Below, piece by piece: positions 33,512 through 41,356 of a stretch of 45,489 nt of DNA; position 1 is the stretch's first letter, and each line of letters opens with the position of its first letter. Source of the stretch: a virus; IMG/VR virus record IMGVR_UViG_3300010361_000006; one strand, 5' to 3'. Made by a program: the position numbers and the translations under genes. The notes under the pieces were generated by a model. That model saw only the letters and a list, made by a program, of their open reading frames with translations. It was not told where the DNA came from and did no database searches.

Positions 33512-33591
33512 CGGTCTGTGCGGGAATTGAACCCGCTACCTTCCGTGGCCTTTCAAGCTTAGGGACGCTCTACCGGTGAGCTAAACAGACC
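33512..33591 (-). tRNA. tRNA-like gene with irregular, extended anticodon arm (anticodon unresolved; GAA in the best hand fold)
   Basis: The minus strand reads GGTCTGT-TTA-GCTC-ACCGGTA-GAGC-G-...-GCGGG-TTCAATT-CCCGC-ACAGACC-G. It has a perfect 7-bp acceptor stem, a canonical D arm and a canonical T arm/T loop. One extra nt lies before the D stem. 24 nt occupy the space where a 17-nt anticodon arm is expected. Confidence 0.6.
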
Positions 33592-33635
33592 ATTGGTAAA
33601 TGGTAGGCCCCTGATGTGGGGCCTACAAGGGGAAC

Positions 33636-34013
33636 TTACTCTGTTTCTTCTCCTACTTCGCTAAACATCTCTTCAGCGAATTGGAAGGCCATCACTGCCA
33701 TCAACTGCCGGTAATCACGCGTACCAACCGGTGGAATATGATGCGAATCCGAAGCGTTAGCGTGATGCCGGACCATGGTACAGAATGTGGCTTTGAGCAA
33801 CTCGTAAAAAGGTTGCGTAATGCCATCCGTCGTTTTGGTCCCAACGCTCGCTTCAATCGTGCCTTTTCCATCCTTGTCAAAATCATTGAGATGTACGAAG
33901 ATGTAATTGTAGAGTTTATACTTCTGGATTACTTCTTGTATCTCTACGATATGCGGGGTGGGCTGATGTCCCTCCAGCCCTGGATCAGTGCGTTGCTCGG
34001 GCAATTTCGTCAT
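33636..34013 (-). CDS. Hypothetical protein
   Basis: ATG 34013 is preceded by ggagaggaac. 125 aa. The longer ORF-track version (to 34163) would overlap the upstream gene by about 180 nt. Confidence 0.5.
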   Translation of the reverse strand: MTKLPEQRTDPGLEGHQPTPHIVEIQEVIQKYKLYNYIFVHLNDFDKDGKGTIEASVGTKTTDGITQPFYELLKATFCTMVRHHANASDSHHIPPVGTRDYRQLMAVMAFQFAEEMFSEVGEETE

Positions 34014-34392
34014 GTTCCTCTCCATGTTCGTGCTCTTCCATCTCTGTTTCCATGGCCATGTGGTGCAGGGAGTGAGCTGCGCTACGGACTGCCGCAGCCA
34101 CCAACGCATAGCAATCACTCGTTCCGCCACATGGAACCTCCATCGGTAGCTGACCTTTGTCATAGGCCACCCGCAACATCCCTTCCGTGATGGAGCCGAT
34201 GACGGCGGTGAAGCGCTCCCGCACGTCTACGTTGACAAGGTCCACCGCAATAGCCATCTCTTCATCCGGGCGCTGTTCATCTTCGCGTTTGTCATAACAC
34301 CCCATCACCATTTCGATGTGCTCATGGCCATCGTACTTCTTCAAGAGGTCATGGCATTCCATCATGAACTTCTTCACTTGATCATGATTCAT
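33985..34392 (-). CDS. Hypothetical protein with His/Glu-rich C-terminus
   Basis: ATG 34392 is preceded by aagggag. 135 aa. The tail HSLHHMAMETEMEEHEHGEEHDE suggests metal binding. Confidence 0.5.
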   Translation of the reverse strand: MNHDQVKKFMMECHDLLKKYDGHEHIEMVMGCYDKREDEQRPDEEMAIAVDLVNVDVRERFTAVIGSITEGMLRVAYDKGQLPMEVPCGGTSDCYALVAAAVRSAAHSLHHMAMETEMEEHEHGEEHDEIARATH

Positions 34393-34490
34393 TACGAGAA
34401 CTCCCTTAGAACGGCCGATCCCGCCGGTGGTACTAACCCACCAGCCCACCAGCGAGAGCGGCCTGAAGAGCCGCTGAGCGGCTCCAGAGG

Positions 34491-34946
34491 TTAGGCGGTT
34501 ACAGCACGGTAGATCTTTCGGTAGTGGATAACTCCAGCGTTGAGTCGGGGTGTGCGAGCGTATACATGGCGTTCATGCACAACCAAGGTAGCCAAATCGT
34601 TTGTGCGATCCCATACCAGGAGTTCGCCATCGCGGTCCACCACGCAGTCGCGCCCACATCCATCATCGGGAGGAATGGATTGTTCATACATGTTCCTGTT
34701 AAATTTGAATATGAAAGTATCACCTATCATATAGGCGTCACAGATGAATGATTCACCGGTGTCCTGGAACTTCACGACACAACCGTTAAGGATACAAGAC
34801 ATTTTACCCAGTTCCTTTATCAGGCCCGTGCGGGCCGCGTGTTCTTTGTCAATCATACGATTAACTATCCATTGTGGCTGCAATGTCATCTCCGCCTCTT
34901 GCCTGCGGAGGATCTGGTCCTTATACAGATCCATCGCGTTTATCAT
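34491..34946 (-). CDS. Hypothetical protein
   Basis: ATG 34946 is preceded by ggag 7 nt upstream. 151 aa. Confidence 0.5.
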   Translation of the reverse strand: MINAMDLYKDQILRRQEAEMTLQPQWIVNRMIDKEHAARTGLIKELGKMSCILNGCVVKFQDTGESFICDAYMIGDTFIFKFNRNMYEQSIPPDDGCGRDCVVDRDGELLVWDRTNDLATLVVHERHVYARTPRLNAGVIHYRKIYRAVTA

Positions 34947-35280
34947 TGTGATCTCCAATAATCTTAGCCAATTCATCAAAGAAGCCATCAATGTCATTGG
35001 TGTCACCGTCTGCTTCATGCTTAATGGTGACTTCCTTGGTGATGAAACGGGCGTAGACTGTTACACCGTCGTCAAACTTCTGCATCAAGCGCGTTTCCAC
35101 CATGGGGCTGCACAGGACGCGCACCAGCCTACTGCAATCTTCTTCCTTGCCTTCGTACAAGACGATGTCCTGTCCATTGGCTCGCATCACAGCTTGGTAC
35201 TGATCATTCATTGGACGTGTGAGAAAATACAGCACACTCGTCTTACCCGTACTGATTAATAACCCCTGCATCTTCATCAT
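34921..35280 (-). CDS. Hypothetical protein
   Basis: ATG 35280/35277 is preceded by aaggaggg. About 119 aa. First gene after terminator 35365-35400. Confidence 0.5.
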   Translation of the reverse strand: MMKMQGLLISTGKTSVLYFLTRPMNDQYQAVMRANGQDIVLYEGKEEDCSRLVRVLCSPMVETRLMQKFDDGVTVYARFITKEVTIKHEADGDTNDIDGFFDELAKIIGDHNDKRDGSV

Positions 35281-35364
35281 TACCCTCCTTGAAAGCACGT
35301 TAAGGGGAGACTCTCCCAGATGGCCTCGCGCGCCACTGCCATCTACAGACGGGAGAACCTCCCC

Positions 35365-35400
35365 AAAAAGTGCCTACCCAATTATATAATCGGGTAGGCA
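35365..35400 (-). terminator. Rho-independent terminator after the GH5-like gene
   Basis: On the minus strand, tgcctaccc-gattatataatt-gggtaggca forms a 9-bp stem, followed by cttttt. It lies 19 nt after the stop at 35419. Confidence 0.8.
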
Positions 35401-35418
35401 TCTTACGCGTACAAAAGT

Positions 35419-36738
35419 TCAGGCAAGATGGTTCTTAATGAAGTCCTGGATCTTGTAGAACCTGGACTTTTTGGTGTCGCCATCGTTGTGGATGACGCCA
35501 AAGTTCATCTCGTTGCCTTCCGGCGGCGTGCCACCACCGGCTGCATCGTAGAGCTGGTAATAGCTGATGTTTTCAATCCGGTACTTCTCACGCACGTCGT
35601 AAAACTGCTGGAACTCTTCCACGATCGCGTTGCCCACAGCCTCCTCGTCGCCGTTGTATGGAGGCCAGTTGGCGCCAAACTCGTTCAGGTGAATCGGCTT
35701 GCCCCATCCGGCAATATGGGCGAGCAGATTGAATCCACCTTCGCTGTTTTCCGGGTTATCGTTGGGACCGTAGTTATTCCTGTACCAGTGCCAGCAGGTA
35801 ATGTCCCAGTCCATCTTCCTATGTCCGCTACTACCGTCAGGTTGGCGTCCGTCACGGAGCATGTCGAAGAAGGCGGTATGGAGCCATGTCCCGCCCGGGG
35901 AGGCGATTTTGATGGAGGGATCAACGCTTTTAATTCCATCAATCGTTCCGAAGAGAACCCCGCGCGCCACACAAAAGCGATGGTTGTCGTAGTGGTCATC
36001 GCGCGTCCCATTCACGCCACTGCCATTGATGGCGTAGGCATCAATTTCATTGTTGATTTCGATGTGCGGCACAATATCGCGTAGTTTCGCTACTTCCACG
36101 CCCACCGCATAGCCCACGTCATAAGCCGCTTGCTCTTCGCTTCCATTGCGCTCATAATCGCAGAGTACCACGGGATGGAGGGTGATGCCTGCTGCCGCGC
36201 CATGATTATCATGGAACGTGCGGAAGTTATCCACGTCGCTCCCGTGGATCCCTCCTTGATCGTTGTACCAGACGCTAAAACCATTGCGGTAGACGGTAGC
36301 GCCAATGTCGTTAAGATCATTACAATTGGTCTGCCACCGGTCCGGCTCATACGCTGCCGTCGATGGATTTTCCCAGTTCCATGTAATGTGCCCGTTGAGA
36401 CTATAGAATACGCCAGTGGCCGGAGGCTCAGGCTGCGGCTCAGGCGGAGTTTCCCCACGCGGGTCACTGGAGGTCTCCCACCCACCATTGCGCCACTCCC
36501 ACCAGTCATGGTTGATGTTTTCCTGGTACACCCCTTGCTCGTAGTAGAGCAAAGACAGGATGTTCATCGTAAATCCGGCGGGCGCGTCATTGCGATTAGC
36601 TTGCAGTCCATTGCTCCCGCCATCCGTCAACGTCCATAGATCGCCCACATTGGTGACGATCTGGCCGGTGGTGGAGGTGAGCGTAGTGCCGCTCGCGGAT
36701 TCATGGTCACTGCAATAGGGCTTGATCTTTGCCATCAT
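35419..36738 (-). CDS. Glycoside hydrolase, clan GH-A / GH5 (cellulase-like) with N-terminal extra domain and Pro-rich linker
   Basis: 439 aa. VPHIEINNEIDAY matches the acid/base NE motif. KPIHLNEFGAN matches the nucleophile EFG motif. Linker ETPPEPQPEPP. No signal peptide is visible. Confidence 0.7.
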   Translation of the reverse strand: MMAKIKPYCSDHESASGTTLTSTTGQIVTNVGDLWTLTDGGSNGLQANRNDAPAGFTMNILSLLYYEQGVYQENINHDWWEWRNGGWETSSDPRGETPPEPQPEPPATGVFYSLNGHITWNWENPSTAAYEPDRWQTNCNDLNDIGATVYRNGFSVWYNDQGGIHGSDVDNFRTFHDNHGAAAGITLHPVVLCDYERNGSEEQAAYDVGYAVGVEVAKLRDIVPHIEINNEIDAYAINGSGVNGTRDDHYDNHRFCVARGVLFGTIDGIKSVDPSIKIASPGGTWLHTAFFDMLRDGRQPDGSSGHRKMDWDITCWHWYRNNYGPNDNPENSEGGFNLLAHIAGWGKPIHLNEFGANWPPYNGDEEAVGNAIVEEFQQFYDVREKYRIENISYYQLYDAAGGGTPPEGNEMNFGVIHNDGDTKKSRFYKIQDFIKNHLA

Positions 36739-36744
36739 TACTCC

Positions 36745-37485
36745 TTAAGAGTACTTCGTCTGCTTCTTAGGCGTTTGCTGCTTCTGGGGTTCCTCCTTGT
36801 TCTTTGGATAAGGCACAATCATATTCTTGGCCACCATCTCCTGCTTGGCCACCAGAGTCGCAAGAATATCTTCGTTTTTGATCACCTCCGTGCCTTTGAA
36901 TAAGACCTGGAATTGCGTCTTGGGATCCGGCACCACAGAGATTTCACAGATAACAGCCAGCGGAGGGACTTTAAGAACAGTAGCACATTGATTTGCGAAT
37001 GTGCTCCAGTTTTTGACAGACGTGACGGGCAGCTTGCAGATGGCCACGGCAGCTTCCAAGATGGTCTTTTCATCTGCCAGACTGTCCTTGTGGAGGAGCG
37101 CAATCCGGCGCGTGTTCTTGCACGCCTTGCCCTTGCCACCATCTGGATCGCTCCCCCACTCGTTCCGTTCACACCCATCGCAAGTTTCATGCTGTGGATC
37201 TTCACAATCCTTGTATGGAGCCAGCTCTGCTTCCTTACGGGCGAACGCATAACAGACCGGGGATACGACCTTGGTGGGGTCGTAACGATTAGGGAAGTAC
37301 GCGTTTTCAAACATGTAATCAATTGGGACTGCTAACATCTTGTTTCCTGGCACGGGCGTATCATTAAACAGCAGCATGCCATTCTTGAACGTGAGGAAAT
37401 TCCCGGTGGGTTTTTCTGCTTCTTCCGTCTGCTTCGCTAGTTGCTGCAGACGCTCTTTCCACGGGACAAGATTGGTACTAGACAT
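36745..37485 (-). CDS. Hypothetical Zn-ribbon-containing protein (possible ssDNA-binding/replication accessory protein)
   Basis: 246 aa. CDGCERNEWGSDPDGGKGKACKNTRR is a Cys cluster. Basic C-terminal tail. Any SSB role is a positional guess only. Confidence 0.55.
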   Translation of the reverse strand: MSSTNLVPWKERLQQLAKQTEEAEKPTGNFLTFKNGMLLFNDTPVPGNKMLAVPIDYMFENAYFPNRYDPTKVVSPVCYAFARKEAELAPYKDCEDPQHETCDGCERNEWGSDPDGGKGKACKNTRRIALLHKDSLADEKTILEAAVAICKLPVTSVKNWSTFANQCATVLKVPPLAVICEISVVPDPKTQFQVLFKGTEVIKNEDILATLVAKQEMVAKNMIVPYPKNKEEPQKQQTPKKQTKYS

Positions 37486-37514
37486 GATAGGATACCTGTG
37501 TACAAGCCGAGGTT

Positions 37515-37907
37515 TTATGCCCCGCCATCGATCGGGGATTTGTTTGTCACAGAGAGTTTTTCTATTGGGTATTTGTCAATGCCGGGGATCTTCTCCCCAG
37601 CATCCCAATGTTCCCTGATTGCTGGAGCGGACAAACGTCGCTGGAGCAATTCAAACGCATTGTGTTCTTTTATATACTCGTAGATGCGCTCCCAGTTTTT
37701 AGCCGTGGGAGCCATCTCACCTTTTTTGATTTCTACGTCACAATGCGTGGCTTCAATCTTCAGGATATTCTGGTCGCGCATCCTGGTCATGAAGATTTGT
37801 TTGAGTATGAGTTCTTTTTCCTCAATAGCATCAGCCTGATGGTTAAGCTCCATCCGTTGCTGGTTAAGCTCATACCACTTATCTACTACCTCCACTATAT
37901 CGCTCAC
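37515..37907 (-). CDS. Hypothetical coiled-coil protein
   Basis: 130-aa ORF with a heptad-like N-terminal 50 aa. Confidence 0.55.
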   Translation of the reverse strand: MSDIVEVVDKWYELNQQRMELNHQADAIEEKELILKQIFMTRMRDQNILKIEATHCDVEIKKGEMAPTAKNWERIYEYIKEHNAFELLQRRLSAPAIREHWDAGEKIPGIDKYPIEKLSVTNKSPIDGGA

Positions 37908-38193
37908 GGTCTTCCTCCAAATAGAGGTAAGTGACGGCGATCATCCTAAGCTTGAGGTCCAGTGTTCGCTGGTAGCTAACCAGCTTCCGCAACGTTTTGA
38001 CGTCCCCATGCTCGAAGAGATCATCCAGTGGATGGGGACTGGATTCCATCATCATGTGATGTTCACGGTATAAGTCGCATACTTGACCAATCGCAGCTAT
38101 AAACGTCGCAAAGCGTTCACTTGGACCTACGCTCTTTAGGATCTTACGGATCGTGTCGTCACTTAATGGGTCATTAGCAGTGTTTAGTGTCAT
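37879..38193 (-). CDS. Hypothetical protein
   Basis: 104-aa ORF with a 29-nt overlap with the next gene. Confidence 0.5.
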   Translation of the reverse strand: MTLNTANDPLSDDTIRKILKSVGPSERFATFIAAIGQVCDLYREHHMMMESSPHPLDDLFEHGDVKTLRKLVSYQRTLDLKLRMIAVTYLYLEEDRERYSGGSR

Positions 38194-38217
38194 GGTACGA
38201 TATACTCGGTTAAATTA

Positions 38218-38237
38218 GAGCCCCATAGAGGGGCTCC
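38218..38237 (-). terminator. GC-rich hairpin, possible attenuator/terminator
   Basis: gagcccc (38218-38224) pairs with ggggctc (38231-38237) around a 6-nt loop. It lies 13 nt after the stop at 38250 and is followed on the minus strand by taattta. Confidence 0.4.
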
Positions 38238-38249
38238 AGGGGTGGGTGC

Positions 38250-38627
38250 CTATGCAGTAGCCTGCGCACCCTCGGACGGCTTCCTACGGGCTCTCTTGGG
38301 CTTCTCCACAGGCTCCGGAGTAGCGGCTGCCGCCTTAATTGCGGCCATTTTGGCCTTCCGTCGTTCATAGGCCTCGTTACGACTGAGAGCTTTGGACGGC
38401 TTGAAGTTTTCCGGCAGATTGAGTGTACATGGCTCATTTGTCAACTCGCCTTCAATGTAGAACTCACCGCCAGCGTAGCCAAAATACGTGAAAGACAGAC
38501 CCTTCCAGGTCGTAGTCCTTGTTTCTACCGGATAGCCATTGATGTGAGCACTGCCCGGTGTTCCCTTGATTGGGAGGGGGCAGCGGATGACTTTGTGCTC
38601 CACCGCCCCTTGCTTCAACGTGATCAT
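38250..38627 (-). CDS. Hypothetical protein with basic Ala/Lys/Arg C-terminus
   Basis: ATG 38627 is preceded by aaggag 6 nt upstream; the ORF track extends to 38669. Tail RRKAKMAAIKAAAATPEPVEKPKRARRKP. Confidence 0.5.
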   Translation of the reverse strand: MITLKQGAVEHKVIRCPLPIKGTPGSAHINGYPVETRTTTWKGLSFTYFGYAGGEFYIEGELTNEPCTLNLPENFKPSKALSRNEAYERRKAKMAAIKAAAATPEPVEKPKRARRKPSEGAQATA

Positions 38628-38687
38628 TACAAGCTCCTTTTGGAATGGTGCCAGTGAAGCATACACCATCCAAGGAGCATTGCAAGT

Positions 38688-38975
38688 CTAAGCTTGTCGC
38701 AATACCTCAATGGTTACGGCAGTCAGCGGACGATTGGGTTGACCATCCCACGGACGCACCTTCTCCACCTGACTGATAGTCCTCCATTCTTCCATCGCCG
38801 TTTCAAAGCTGAACCGCGTGGCCTTGGCAATGTTCGCAGTCGTGGTCAAATCCAGCAGTCCTGCCTTGGTGTGTGGATTCCACCGTACGACATAACGACC
38901 ATCATACGGCGTTTTAACCCGTGGGTCTGGCGATCCCACGATGCGTATGATACAATCCTTGGCGCGGCGCGTCAT
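38688..38975 (-). CDS. Hypothetical protein
   Basis: 95-aa ORF with an ATGA-type 4-nt overlap with the upstream gene. Confidence 0.5.
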   Translation of the reverse strand: MTRRAKDCIIRIVGSPDPRVKTPYDGRYVVRWNPHTKAGLLDLTTTANIAKATRFSFETAMEEWRTISQVEKVRPWDGQPNRPLTAVTIEVLRQA

Positions 38976-39265
38976 ACCACCACCTCCACAATCGTGCCGG
39001 TATTGATCAATGCGGGGCCAGTGTCAAAGTAGAACGTACGACCTTTCCACTGGAGCCAAGCAAAATGCCTATCATCTTTCCCACTGGTGCGGAGGAACAG
39101 ATAGTCCTGTCGCGCTAGGATTCCACGCACGGGCGCGTGGTGATCACCATGGGGGATGGTCTGCCATGGACGGGCAAACACGATGAAGTTACGGCTCCCG
39201 TCTCTTACGCGGAGTTGGAGTGGCGGGGACGGCTTCTTCGCTCGTTTTTGATATTGTTGGGACAT
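38972..39265 (-). CDS. Hypothetical protein
   Basis: 97-aa ORF. ATG 39265 is preceded by aggaaagag. Confidence 0.5.
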   Translation of the reverse strand: MSQQYQKRAKKPSPPLQLRVRDGSRNFIVFARPWQTIPHGDHHAPVRGILARQDYLFLRTSGKDDRHFAWLQWKGRTFYFDTGPALINTGTIVEVVV

Positions 39266-39371
39266 AGATGGTTCTCTTTCCTATGCCGTTGCAAAAACGG
39301 CATCGCCGTCGGTACTGACCGACGACACCGCGACCTTGACATGCATCACACTTGACGATTTTTACGCCCAT
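39189..39371 (-). CDS. Small DnaJ-type zinc-finger protein (CxxCxGxG x2)
   Basis: 60 aa with CDACQGRG and CRFCNGIG. The 3-prime 77 nt overlap ORF 38972-39265. Confidence 0.5.
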   Translation of the reverse strand: MGVKIVKCDACQGRGVVGQYRRRCRFCNGIGKRTIYVPTISKTSEEAVPATPTPRKRREP

Positions 39372-39655
39372 TGATCCGTACCACGGAATCGCACCCCGAT
39401 ATTGGTGATGCGGATGTTGTCCCTGTCACCGTCCAGGTAATGGTATATACCCTCTTCCCGTCCATACCACTCACCGTACTTGACCCACCACTTCCACTTG
39501 TGGAAGAGGACATACCCACTCCAGCTATTGCCGGGATACTCCAGCTGCTCACTGTGTGTGAGCATGATAAACCAGTAGCCTGCGTACTTCCGCAGCTCAC
39601 GCTTCTTACTTCCATCTGCAATAAAACGTTTTTCAGTCATGATGATTGTTGACAT
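39362..39655 (-). CDS. Hypothetical Trp/Tyr-rich protein
   Basis: 97-aa ORF whose end abuts the next start. The alternative frame 39346-39621 is Ser/Thr/Gly-rich and looks like a shadow ORF. Confidence 0.5.
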   Translation of the reverse strand: MSTIIMTEKRFIADGSKKRELRKYAGYWFIMLTHSEQLEYPGNSWSGYVLFHKWKWWVKYGEWYGREEGIYHYLDGDRDNIRITNIGVRFRGTDQWA

Positions 39656-39672
39656 TACATTTACCCTGTTGG

Positions 39673-39855
39673 TTATCTAAACAACAGCATTCCACCAATG
39701 AATGCTCCCAGCGCGCGCCCTCCATCGTCATCCAGCAAACAGTAAAAGATAGACACAATCAGCACGACTATGAACGTGATTAACGCCCACATGCGGACTG
39801 TGTCCTCCAGCGATTCACAGTGTTCTGCCAAAGTCAGGTGCTTTGGACGCTTCAC
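39673..39855 (-). CDS. Small membrane protein
   Basis: GTG 39855 is preceded by aaggagg. 60 aa with the TM segment WALITFIVVLIVSIFYCLL and a second hydrophobic C-terminus. Confidence 0.5.
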   Translation of the reverse strand: MKRPKHLTLAEHCESLEDTVRMWALITFIVVLIVSIFYCLLDDDGGRALGAFIGGMLLFR

Positions 39856-40042
39856 GACGTTCCTCCTTTAAGAGTTGCTGACCCTTGCCAGTCCCTAAGG
39901 AACCCCCCAAGCGCTTGAAGTGACGTTCGCATCCATAGGCCCAGTAGCCGTAGATGGTGCGGAAATCATAGTGCGCCTCTTCCTTGCAGAAGTCACATTT
40001 GGGCAGATACCGCACCCGTACTTGAGTCAAATCTTTATCCAT
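39815..40042 (-). CDS. Small Cys-rich (CxxC...C..H) protein
   Basis: 75 aa with CDFCKEEAHYD...GYWAYGCERH. Confidence 0.5.
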   Translation of the reverse strand: MDKDLTQVRVRYLPKCDFCKEEAHYDFRTIYGYWAYGCERHFKRLGGSLGTGKGQQLLKEERREASKAPDFGRTL

Positions 40043-40323
40043 TCTCTAAATCCTACCCACTGTTTGGTTTCATGAAGGCGAAATACAAACACATCGTCGT
40101 CCTTATGGACTGTGACATGTTCCCCGGCTGCTACACGCATGCGCAATTCGCTCACGCTCATGCCACACACCCTTATCAGGCGATCACCCCAGTAATGGTG
40201 AAATGCCCGACCCATGGATGGAAACAACAACTCGTCATCATTGTTCTTCTTTACAAAGACGGAGTGACGTACCTTTTGCAGCGTACTTCCATCTTCGTCA
40301 AACAGGTTGATGATTCGGTTCAC
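40027..40323 (-). CDS. Hypothetical protein
   Basis: 98-aa ORF, tightly packed between neighbours. Confidence 0.5.
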   Translation of the reverse strand: MNRIINLFDEDGSTLQKVRHSVFVKKNNDDELLFPSMGRAFHHYWGDRLIRVCGMSVSELRMRVAAGEHVTVHKDDDVFVFRLHETKQWVGFREWIKI

Positions 40324-40505
40324 TTGTAAATCCCATTGAAGTTGATTTGAACGAGATCCCCCGGGTTTGTGTGCTGGTGCACCAACCGTATGTTAATGCT
40401 GCGCCATGCATCTTGCAGGGACTCAGCCTCAACCCTCTGCCAGTTCGTATAATAGCAAGAGGGCTGAGCACGTTCCCTGAACAGAAACGTGAATTCAAAT
40501 ATCAC
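40320..40505 (-). CDS. Hypothetical protein
   Basis: 61 aa. GTG 40505 is preceded by aaggaggt 9 nt upstream. Confidence 0.45.
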   Translation of the reverse strand: MIFEFTFLFRERAQPSCYYTNWQRVEAESLQDAWRSINIRLVHQHTNPGDLVQINFNGIYK

Positions 40506-40666
40506 CTGTGTCTAACCTCCTTTGGCGTACGATAACAAATGGCTCCCGTCAGGGAGGTGGCTGCGATAAAGAGTAAATAGATCACCCAACGATCCGGCAC
40601 ATGACGATGAAACACTGCGCCCACGGACAGGATGAAGATGACAAGGAATAGGATACGTACCAGCAT
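40502..40666 (-). CDS. Small two-helix membrane protein (54 aa)
   Basis: Hand translation from ATG 40666 gives MLVRILFLVIFILSVGAVFHRHVPDRWVIYLLFIAATSLTGAICYRTPKEVRHR*. TAATG coupling to the upstream gene and GTGA coupling to the downstream gene. It is below the ORF-track cut-off. Confidence 0.5.
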   Translation of the reverse strand: MLVRILFLVIFILSVGAVFHRHVPDRWVIYLLFIAATSLTGAICYRTPKEVRHR

Positions 40667-40908
40667 TACCAGCTCCCAAAGCGAATCAGGCCGTCATAGT
40701 AGAGTTGCTCAATCCGCTCACGGATGGTGGCGTTGTGCGCCTTCCACACGTCCGCTGGGATGTCATTGTAGTCCCACACCCATTCACCAAAGAACATCTG
40801 CTTCGGCTTGCGGACAGGGATACCAGTGTCCTTGAGGACTCCGGGTAAGAGGTCACCGGGACGAATCCCACCCGGTGCGCAATCCAGCTCAATTGTTTGT
40901 ACGCTCAT
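40666..40908 (-). CDS. Hypothetical protein
   Basis: ATG 40908 (MSVQTIELD...). The ORF track extends to GTG 40929, which has no Shine-Dalgarno sequence. Confidence 0.5.
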   Translation of the reverse strand: MSVQTIELDCAPGGIRPGDLLPGVLKDTGIPVRKPKQMFFGEWVWDYNDIPADVWKAHNATIRERIEQLYYDGLIRFGSW

Positions 40909-41026
40909 ATTAGATACCCCACCAGCCACAGCAAGATTAGAAAGATAGCGACGCCGCGTAGACCTTCTTCAAAGAGCATCCACGTGACTACGCCAGATGC
41001 GAGACACAATGCGATAGTTGACAGAC

Positions 41027-41356
41027 TCACAACAGACCTTTAAATATGTTATCCAAATCGTCATCGCAACGTTTGATTGCTCCTGCGCGGTCTCCGTCTC
41101 GCACTTGTTTCGCAGGAAAAAACGCATCGTACTCTTTAAACTTGACATCACATGCAGTCCACGCATTGATGGCATGGCCGTGAATATGCATACAGAACTG
41201 ATTAGGAGAGGCGAACTTTTCATTTTTCAGCCGGATCCCGCCCAGTTCCACTGTGCCGATAAAGGCGATTCCACCTTTCATGGTTCTTACCTGATCCCCA
41301 GTCTTTAGGAACAAGTTTTCCCACATGATGCCATTGATGTACAGAACAGTCATCAT
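41027..41356 (-). CDS. Hypothetical protein, weak RAMA/DUF4357-like resemblance
   Basis: ATG 41356 lies in an ATGA overlap with the upstream stop. 110 aa. GTVELGGIRLKNEKFASPNQFCMHIHGHAINAWTACDV loosely fits the pattern G.v..dG.i.l.g..ysSPS.aa......NGW.fW. Confidence 0.45.
   Translation of the reverse strand: MMTVLYINGIMWENLFLKTGDQVRTMKGGIAFIGTVELGGIRLKNEKFASPNQFCMHIHGHAINAWTACDVKFKEYDAFFPAKQVRDGDRAGAIKRCDDDLDNIFKGLL

Noticed and set aside
33509-33627. The tRNA-like gene as evidence for an integrated prophage or attP site
   Set aside because: No integrase, excisionase or repressor gene is visible anywhere. The window is bounded by direct terminal repeats typical of a virion genome, not by host flanks.
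34921-35280. P-loop NTPase call for the 119-aa protein based on QGLLISTGKTS
   Set aside because: The spacing is G-x5-GKT rather than the Walker A G-x4-GK(T/S). The protein is too short for an NTPase domain, and no Walker B motif is evident.
40969-41223. 84-aa minus-strand ORF overlapping ORF 41027-41356
   Set aside because: It lies in an alternative frame of a better-supported gene that has an ATGA-coupled start. It has no ribosome-binding site and an odd Cys/Ser/Met-rich composition.
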